From assembly GCA_002269645.1 (NCBI GenBank), contig NIVC01000706.1, positions 61,411-125,410 on the forward strand: DNA of 64,000 bases, read 5' to 3'. A program made the translations under genes and the position numbers. Below are positions 55,801 through 64,000 of this stretch, one piece after another. Each line of letters opens with the position of its first letter. The first letter of the stretch is position 1. This DNA is from Macrostomum lignano. Its lineage: Eukaryota. The notes beneath the pieces are model-generated. The model saw nothing but the letters and a program-made list of their open reading frames with translations, searched no databases and had not been told where the DNA came from.

Positions 55801-56392
55801 ATGCTGAGGTGGCGGCGGCGGCCGCTGCGGGCATCGAACCAATCTGTGAGGTACTGTAAACGGGCATTCCGGCCAGTTTCTCGCTAATTGCGCTCATCTG
55901 AGCTTGCTCCATATGGCGAATACCTTCGAGTTGTTGCTCAAGCCAGCGAATATCTTGCAGCTCGTTTAGCTGTTTGCGCCGCTCGTGCGTAACCATGAGC
56001 AGTTCTTGGTTGAGCAAAGCTTTCTGAGCTCGGAGATCGCGCGGCACGTCTGGCGGTAGTGCGCCATGCCGGGCTAGGCGCTGCTGTTGTTGAATTTGCT
56101 GCTGGATCTGCTGCTGCTGTTGTTGGCGTTGGTATCGGTTGGCGATGTAACGACTAGTTGCTGGGGAGCTTGACGGAGATGCTGCTGCTGCTGCTGCTGC
56201 TGCCGCTCCCTCCCGCTGCTGCTGATAAGCGTAGAAGGGCGCTAGAAGCAGATGCAGATGTGGCTGGAGTTGGAGAGGCAGATGCCGCAGAATGGGCTGC
56301 CGCCTCGCGTCGTTTGATCGCCTCAAGTTGGCGATCTAGTTCTTGAAGCTGGTGTCGCTGGTGTTGCTTCTGTTGTTGTTTTTGTCGTTGTT

Positions 56393-56435
<43 letters not shown>

Positions 56436-56460
56436 TTGTTGCTTTTGCTGCTGCTGCTGC

Positions 56461-56543
<83 letters not shown>

Positions 56544-56570
56544 AATCTGAGTAGCTGACTTGCTCTTTTC
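37995..56570 (-). CDS. PCLO: Piccolo/Fife/Clarinet-like presynaptic active-zone protein (poly-Q/coiled coil, PDZ, C2A, C2B), multi-exon
   Basis: Exons 56570-54730, 54644-54538, 52898-52811, 52155-51918, 51574-51405, 49902-49690, 49582-48817, 48710-48529, 47637-47513, 41731-41668, 39327-39214, 38846-38637 and 38431-37995; all GT-AG with matching phases. PDZ lead-in FPVKRLLLTRD...GNGVGLIIVGG and C2A end LDNKLHWFTL resemble Piccolo more than RIM. One apparent frameshift in the first exon; orthology not tested. Confidence 0.8.
42488..42499 (+). promoter_or_regulatory. Primer-binding site, complementary to the tRNA-Ser(GCU) 3' end
   Basis: TGGCGACGAGGA lies 1 nt after the 5' LTR. It matches the ...UCCUCGUCGCCA end of metazoan tRNA-Ser(GCU), recalled from memory rather than searched. 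Confidence 0.75.
42500..46438 (+). CDS. Gag-Pol polyprotein interrupted by one in-frame TGA (44639-44641)
   Basis: Two CCHC knuckles, protease VDTGA, RT FVDD, RNase H ECDAS, integrase HHCC plus D-D-E (HIDYAG, SDNG, AERAV). ORFs 42473 and 44666 are in the same frame. Confidence 0.95.
46828..47441 (+). mobile_element. Internally deleted Tc1/IS630-like DNA transposon
   Basis: TA TSDs and ~45-bp TIRs (TAC..TTTTGCGATCTAGTTTGCCAAAACTGCAATCAATTTTGCC). Frameshifted HTH remnant MAQRGPYNRISAKDRQRLIQAY / GISRRTVTYIVGQFNATGRIEPLPRGG. Confidence 0.85.
47513..49582 (-). CDS. PCLO: C2A-domain exons (49582-48817, 48710-48529, 47637-47513) preceded by a poly-Q tract
   Basis: GEIALQLQFD...PMDLNGLADPFVK...TKYMSNTLEPDWQQT...VSVWDYDRLKTNDFMG...LDNKLHWFTL. 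Confidence 0.88.
51918..52898 (-). CDS. PCLO: PDZ-domain exons (52898-52811, 52155-51918)
   Basis: GNGVGLIIVGG...GAFVKEIIAGS...EGDEIVEWNG..L...SYEEVQRIL. Confidence 0.88.
53005..53303. repeat. 31-bp minisatellite (TGAGTCAGACGGTATTGATGTCAGTAGGCGG), ~9.5 copies
   Basis: Units start at 53005, 53036, 53067 and so on. Confidence 0.95.
53368..53724 (-). mobile_element. tRNA-derived SINE family A, full length
   Basis: Minus strand GGGGCCGTAGCCCAGTG (A box)...GGTTCGATTCC (B box) with an A-rich tail. 16-bp TSD CTAAGCTGCCCAACTT at 53352-53367 and 53725-53740. Confidence 0.92.
54730..56570 (-). CDS. PCLO: Large Q-rich/coiled-coil exon of the Piccolo-like gene (contains apparent frameshift)
   Basis: Acceptor CTCTGTCTCCTTAG| at 56571 and donor G|GTGAAC at 54729; coiled-coil segments such as LEREIERRRRQIEEAIRYQEE. 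Confidence 0.7.
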
Positions 56571-58332
56571 CTAAGGAGACAGAGAGAGTTGCAAATCTAC
56601 GAAGTCACCTTTGATGAAGGATTATTTTGTGTGAAAACTTTTTCCAGAGCCTACCTCCCCCTCTATTTCTCTCCCTCTTCTTGAATTCGCACGGGACTAG
56701 CCAGCACTAGTAGGGACTCACCGATGCAGAGAGGAAGGTGGAGAATGAGAAAGTATGGAAAGAGGCGGACGGATAAAGGCTGGGAGCTGATCCCGTAGCG
56801 GGCTGCTATTGGCTGCAGGCAAATTGGCCTGGGGTGACGGTGGGGCTTTAGGCGGACAGTCGGGGTGGGAACTGGAATGCGCCGGTACGTGGAGGCTGGA
56901 AAAGAGGATGAGGAAGCGAGCGAGAGAGAAGGCTATGAGGGGGAGTTACAGGATGAGGATAGGCAAAGCGTATGATGAGCACATCGATTCTTTTCCTGCC
57001 TCTCTAGCGTCCAGGTCTACTCTCCCTCTCCGGTCTCTCTCCACCGACTCGCTCCCGCTGTTTTGTGTACTGCACAGCTGCCTCAGACTGCGGGGAGGGA
57101 TTCGACCCTTGGCACAATTCTATTGCGAGAGAGACAAGGTGCAATGCAGTGTTGGGGGATATTTTTGGAGTAAGAAGGCAGGCTGTTTCACTGATAGTCG
57201 GCCATTGGCTGTCAACAGAAGCTGTGTAGCAACCAGGCTTTTTTCCTCTTCATCCCTCTTCTGCGTTCCGACACTCTCTTTTCTCTCTCCCTCTTTCGCT
57301 CTCTCGACCCGATCTCTTCTATCTCTTGTAGTCAAGGCAATATACATGTTAGGCCTTTAATCCTTGCACTCGACAAGTCTTTCTTTTCCCTCTGAGCTGA
57401 TTTACTCGCGCCTCGCATTGGCGGGCGGCGGATGGGCAAAGAAGATTAAGGGAACAAAGGCCGAGCAGACTAGAGAATGCTGTTAGGCTTGGCTTGATCC
57501 AACGACTGACCCATGCTCACCTCTAGGGTTCTCTCTTCCTACTTTCCGATTGGCAAGAAAGCTTAGGACGGCTGCGTGATTAAAAAAAGGTTTTTCGAGT
57601 CAAAGGCATTACTGAGGAGTTTGATCTGCTGAGCGAGTCGAAGACTTGAAAGGAGAGACTGGAGAAGTGATTTAAGCAGATAGATGAGAAAGGATTAGGC
57701 AAGCGAACAGAAAGGGGATTTTCTCAACAGAGAGAGAGGGGGCTTTTTTAGGCATAAGCTCTTCGTCTACTCAAGCCCTCACATGACTGCATGCGGTGTG
57801 GATTGTGTGCGCTAGGGGCAGAGCAAAATAGCATTCTGCGTGGCCCTTCATCATCTCGTCTAAAGCTTCATCCACCCCTCTACAGTCCCTCCCCAAGCTT
57901 GCCACCCTCCTCCAGCCCCTGTCCCCAGAAGAAAGTTAAGTCTTCTGACACCTCCTCGCCTCCCGCCCAAGTTCGTCAGCTCAGTCCTCTCAAGGGCGGG
58001 GTCGTCTCCATGGCTAGATTGAAGAAGTGGGAAGAAAGCTGAGGCTGGGCAATGCAGGCTTCGTCCGGTTTCGCATCAACTTTTCTCTTACAGTTTCTAT
58101 GCCTCATCAACTATAGGGGCTTTAAGGGTCAGAGCTAAACTTGGGCCTACAGTCTGTCAAACTCAGAGCCTTCATTCTTGCTTTGAATCACTAAATAGAA
58201 TTCATTTAAATCGCTCTAATAAAATATAATACTAGTGCAAATAACTGATACGATTATCATAGAGCCGTGGAATCATCGGACAACAAGCGCTGACAGCGGA
58301 TTCTGCCCATTCCGCTCTGACTCCTGAGCAGA

Positions 58333-58690
58333 TTTTTTATTAGAGGCAGGGGGGTTGTGTGCACCGTGGCGCACTTTAAGCGACATAGGCACACAACCGG
58401 CGAGAGGCATTACTGCCTATTCCGCCGACTCCCCTGAGCAGGCATACAAGCGCGCGGATACGTACGCAGGCACACACTCACACAGGAGTGTACAGCGGCC
58501 CTAACTTTATTTTATCGTTAGGCATGTACACTTCACTGCGCCTTGGGGGTTGGCTCTCAAGGCCGTTAATTGCACGAGCAGATCCAAGCCGAGATTCCAA
58601 TTCAGCCCCAAATTAATGTGACTGCACTTGGAATCAAGCCTGGGTCGCTGGCACACCAGAGCAGCTGCGCTACCGCTGGACTACGGCCCC
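58333..58690 (-). mobile_element. tRNA-derived SINE family A copy nested in an older related SINE (~58290-58950)
   Basis: Highly similar to 53368-53724. Flanked by TCCTGAGCA at 58322 and 58694; both flanks themselves resemble SINE body. Confidence 0.85.
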
Positions 58691-59446
58691 CCTTCCTGAG
58701 CACATACAATCGCGCCAATACTGTACGTATGCGGGCACTCATACACACGTTCACACAGGGTGTACCAGCGGTCCTGACTTTCTAATCCTCAGGCATGTAC
58801 ACTCTCTGTACCTTGGAGGTTGACCTTCGTGGTTGCTAATCGCACGACAGCCTGCCGATCAATATCCCTGCACACGGAAGGCCCAAAAGAATGTGGAAGC
58901 GCACCACGGGACTCGTGGCGCAAGAGGTCAGATGCGTTTACCACTGTCATCGAAACGATTTCCTTTTCTGCCTTCTCTCGGTCTGCACTCTACCCCAACT
59001 CTGTAACAACAGAATAGATCCAGGCAGCAACCAAAGCACAGAAACTTCTCTTCCGTAATCAAACGGATTGCTTGCTCTCCGAAACTAACTGACTGCCACT
59101 CGGAGGGTAGCGATAGGGAATGATTGAAGCAAGCACAAGCGATTGCTTTCAGACATTGATTTCCTGCTGGCTGAAATTGCCGCATGCAGCTTGCTGAGGC
59201 AGAACAACGGAACGAAAAAGGTGAGAGGTTCAGGCTGAGAAAGCATTTGGGAGGCGAGATACAGCAGAATTGTGCCAGCTTTCCGTAGTCTATAATTTCT
59301 AAATCGATTTTCGAGGAATACTAAACATCATAAATAAACATTTTGGAGCGCATATTTCCATAAATTATTAGGGCTCAAGAAGAAGACACAGACTCGAGAT
59401 TTTCCATTTAAGTAGACCACCATATATTGGTTTTTAGCTAGTTGTA

Positions 59447-60530
59447 AGGGGCTGAGTTAGTTTAGTGTCAGGGACTGAGTTAGTTTAGTGTCAGGGACTG
59501 AGTTAGTTTAGTGTCAGGGACTGAGTTAGTTTAGTGTCAGGGACTGAGTTAGTTTAGTTTCAGGGACTGTGTTAGTTTAGTGTCAGGGACTGAGTTAGTT
59601 TAGTGTCAGGGGCTGAGTTAGTTTAGTGTCAGGGACTGAGTTAGTTTAGTGTCAGGGACTGAGTTAGTTTAGTGTCAGGGACTGAGTTAGTTTAGTGTCA
59701 GGGACTGAGTTAGTTTAGTGTCAGGGACTGAGTTAGTTTAGTGTCAGGGACTGAGTTATTTAGTGTCAGGGACTGAGTTAGTTTAGTTTCAGGGACTGAG
59801 TTAGTTTAGTTTCAGGGACTGTGTTAGTTTAGTGTCAGGGACTGAGTTAGTTTAGTGTCAGGGACTGAGTTAGTTTAGTGTCAGGGACTGAGTTAGTTTA
59901 GTGTCAGGGACTGAGTTAGTTTAGTGTCAGGGACTGAGTTAGTTTAGTGTCAGGGACTGAGTTAGTTTAGTGTCAGGGACAGAGTTATTTTGGGTCAGGG
60001 ACTGAGTTAGTTTAGTGTCAGGGACTGAGTTAGTTTAGTGTCAGGGACTGTGTTAGTTTAGTGTCAGGGACTGAGTTAGTTTAGTGTCAGGGACTGAGTT
60101 AGTTTAGTGTCAGGGACTGAGTTATTTTGGGTCAGGGACTGAGTTACTTTAGTGTCAGGGACTGAGTTAGTTTAGTGTCAGGGACTGAGTTAGTTTAGTG
60201 TCAGGGACTGAGTTACTTTAGCGTCAGGCGCTGTGTTATTTTGGGTCAGGGACTGAGTTACTTTAGCGTCAGGCGCTGTGTTATTTTGGGTCAGGGACTG
60301 AGTTAGTTTAGCGTCAGGGACTGAGTTACTTTAGCGTCAGGCGCTGTGTTATTTTGGGTCAGGGACTGAGTTACTTTAGCGTCAGGCGCTGTGTTATTTT
60401 GGGTCAGGGACTGAGTTAGTTTAGCGTCAGGGACTGAGTTAGTTTAGCGTCAGGCGCTGTGTTATTTTGGGTCAGGGACTGAATTAGTTTAGCGTCAGGG
60501 ACTGAGTTAGTTTAGCGTCAGGCGCTGTGT
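59447..60530. repeat. 23-bp minisatellite (CAGGGACTGAGTTAGTTTAGTGT), ~47 copies
   Basis: Units at 59469, 59492 and so on, with diverged variants at the right end. Confidence 0.97.
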
Positions 60531-61384
60531 TAGGATATTTAGACATATTGGAAAAATAAGAAGCTTGTTGTTGTGCATTTGGCCTGTAAATAGACATGCA
60601 CGAGAAACCTCAACTCTCCCTCCTTGCCTCACTCGCTCTCTCTGTGTCTCTCAATATGATCGATTTCTCAGCGCTACTTCGAAGTATTTTTAGCAGCAAA
60701 CGATTTTTCTTAACTAAACCGAAGAAGCGCCGAGAAATTGCTCAACCTGGGTTGGCTCCTTTCAGTTTAAACCAGCGGCTGCACTTTCACGTTCTGGGCA
60801 CTGCTTCCACAAGTTTCTGGGTTCACCCGCCAGCAAGCTCAAACAGACAAACAACTCACCCACCTCCCAGCTCAGCTCTCTGCGCCCCGCGAGATCCCTG
60901 GATGAAAGTTCCTTAGACGCATCGAGTAGGCATCTCTTCCCGCTAAGGGGAGCCGTTTGCTGGGATCCTCATAGCAACCCACACCCTTCCAAAAACCCCT
61001 GGATGGCGAGCTTCTCAAGCCCCCGGGCCCAGCCTCTCCCCTGCCCTCCTCAGCAACGAATTTCCAAGTTAATTTCCAACCAGCCTACCCCGCCTCTCCA
61101 GAATCCGCTCCCTACAGTTAGGAGCTTCATCATCAATTCTGAGAGCAAAGCATGGCCTGCTGTGGGGCAGAAATTTTCTTTAAAACCTTCAATCTCTCCT
61201 TCTTCTCTCTCGTCTCTCTCGCTCAAAACTTCAGATTCGGCCAAGAAACTGCGCACACGTACCCCCCATGATCAAGGCTTCCGTGACCCAATCTGAAGAA
61301 ACTTATTTCTTTATCCAAAAGAATCCTACATCATCCAGAGCAGACAGAATCCTTGGCAGCTTATAAGTTGAAGTCTAGAGCATG

Positions 61385-61387
<3 letters not shown>

Positions 61388-61449
<62 letters not shown>
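61388..61449. repeat. (CT)n microsatellite
   Basis: About 31 units. Confidence 0.98.
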
Positions 61450-61474
<25 letters not shown>

Positions 61475-62550
61475 TTTCACTAATGAGTTTGCATAAGGTA
61501 ATTTCATATCCAGTGGAACAGATCGGGAAGCCTCGAGAGTCTCAGCCAACTTTCCAATAAAGAAACTCGACCAAGCGGTGCAGGTTGGAGGGGGAGTTAC
61601 AGAATTTTGTTATATTTGTTCTATTGCTGACTTCGTACTCTGAAATTTTCCGGTTTGATCGCAAGAATTCGTTTTATCATTTTATTGAATCACGAAGGAT
61701 CCGTAAATTTATTCATTTTAGTTTTGTTATAATACTTAGTTTTTCAGCTAATGCTTTTTCTCAAACGTGATATGAGCCAAGTTCTGTTTTTATCTTCTAA
61801 TGTTCGTTAAAATGCACTGTTTCTTTTTATTTTGATAACGACACAAAATAACTGACGATATTAATTGTGTTTTGCTTAATTCCTAATGATTATATCCATT
61901 GCAAAATTAGCTTGATTTATTAATGCATTGCAATTTAAATATAGGTCTAATGGAATTTACAGGAAGTTTCTACGCATTATAACAATTTGTTATTATTTTT
62001 TAACAATCAGCAACTTTAATTTAGTATGACGTAATTTGTTATAATAATAATATAATTGAATAATATTAAAGACACTAATAACTAAATGCAGATAAAATTC
62101 ATAGAAATACGAAATGGCTAAATGACAGAACATTTCTAGAAGTGTAAAAATTAATGTAGTACTTTTTCATACACTTAGCTTAAAAATCAGTTTTCAACCG
62201 ATCAGTTGGCTGTGAAAAATTAATTGAACTTGACTAGACAAATACTAAGGTACGAGTATATGCTATCTTTCTCTCTCAGCTCTCAATATTGGATTGATTT
62301 CTGGTCATTTACCCAGCGACCCAAAATGAATTTTAGTTGCAAGAACAGCAAGTATGCTTCACTGCTCACCACTGCTCAACTCATGCGTGTTTCACTAGAG
62401 ACCCTGCGAGACTCCATTTTTGAGAAGTCTTCCTGCCATGCAATTAAGCAGATGAACTTGATTTGATTGAATCGGTGGCCCAACAGTACAGATACGTACA
62501 ATAGGAACTTCACGATAGAGTCAAAATTGTTTGAAGCTTTACGCTATTAT

Positions 62551-63096
<546 letters not shown>

Positions 63097-63908
63097 CAAT
63101 GGTAATTAGCTTCACCCTCAGTTGTTTGAGCAGTCTCACACCGCATCCAATATTCAGATAGTATTAACTCAAGCTTAAAAAGTCTCTCAGATACGTCGTT
63201 AATATTTCTCTAGAACAGCATTCCAGATCTTCCCTGCCTGAATACGTAATTCCAACCGGGACAAATTTCTAAAAATCATGCATGATTTAACGGGCAGATT
63301 ACAATTCTAGAACATCAGCCGATGTCTGTACGACAGCAGTGTTCGCAGTAATTAATAAAATTTAATTTGTAACCCAAGCTCGAATGCAAATTTTTCTCTT
63401 AGATTATTCTCCATCAGTGAACTACAGAGAAAGCACCGAAGCCCCTTACTAAAATCCCGAGAGACGAGAGGGAAATTCAAATTTCTGGATGAATCCATTT
63501 TTCAGAATTGGTTGCTGGCTGTAGGCATAAAAGTCATCTATTTCTAGTGCTGTTCTGTTTCAGTGATTGGCATTTAAAAAGCATTGAGAAACAGGAAGGT
63601 ATTTAAGACTTTATCCAACAGTATAATGCTTGCAAGGATTTGTGTTGCTGTCAGGAAACGACAGCAATCTCCTCCCCCCTTTTACGCGTGCGTCCATCAT
63701 GGATTCTGTTTATTAACCTGTTCTAAATATGATACTTGAGCAAATTGTAAAAGTTTATATTTTTTTGCTATAAAATACGAGAGATGGAAAAATAATCTAC
63801 TACAAGTAGTCACACACGGATTCGAAATTAATTCAAGAAGCAAAGCGCATACAAAAGATGTGCGAGGCCAAAAAAAGAGAGCAAATACCCCGAATCGAAT
63901 GCACTCAC

Positions 63909-63989
63909 CTGGGCTGCAGGCTTGTCCTTGTCTCCGCCGCTTCCTTGTCGAACGACGACGTTGCTGCTGATTTGGCCTGCAATTTTCAT
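63909..63989 (-). CDS. Probable upstream exon of the Piccolo-like gene (MKIAGQISSNVVVRQGSGGDKDKPAAQ)
   Basis: Perfect donor CAG|GTGAGT at 63908; phase 0 matches the poly-Q frame at 56570. It may start at ATG 63989 or at the internal acceptor at 63977. Confidence 0.5.
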
Positions 63990-64000
63990 GCCCTGACTAC

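Noticed and set aside
56809-58042. 183-aa and other ORFs in GA/CT-rich intronic DNA
   Set aside because: Low-complexity composition with no domain signal; more likely regulatory or UTR sequence.

Overview
Eukaryotic, repeat-rich metazoan genomic DNA. GC-rich poly-Q/A/G exons, short GT-AG introns and many satellites resemble a free-living flatworm such as Macrostomum, but that is inference only. Main content: (1) A minus-strand Piccolo/Fife/Clarinet-type active-zone gene (coiled coil/poly-Q, PDZ, C2A, C2B). I reconstructed it from 13 coding exons between 56570 and 37995, plus a probable upstream exon at 63909; all splice phases match, but there is one apparent frameshift near 56.2 kb. (2) A phase-consistent minus-strand orphan multi-exon gene (33555 to 6817) ending in a transmembrane segment, with a candidate 3-nt microexon. 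(3) A plus-strand Crypton-type (DUF3504) tyrosine recombinase gene with one intron, surrounded by palindromes and a repeated CCATAGAC/GTCTATGG motif. (4) A SUMO-like-domain ORF and a zinc-finger/RGG terminal exon. (5) Transposons: a full-length young Ty3/Gypsy LTR element, a full-length decayed APE-RT-RNase H LINE with a 12-bp TSD, a deleted Tc1/IS630-like element, MITE-like palindromes, a hAT-like end and two tRNA-derived SINE families. (6) Many mini- and microsatellites, which explain most of the long ORFs in the track. No database searches were run; family assignments come from recognised motifs.
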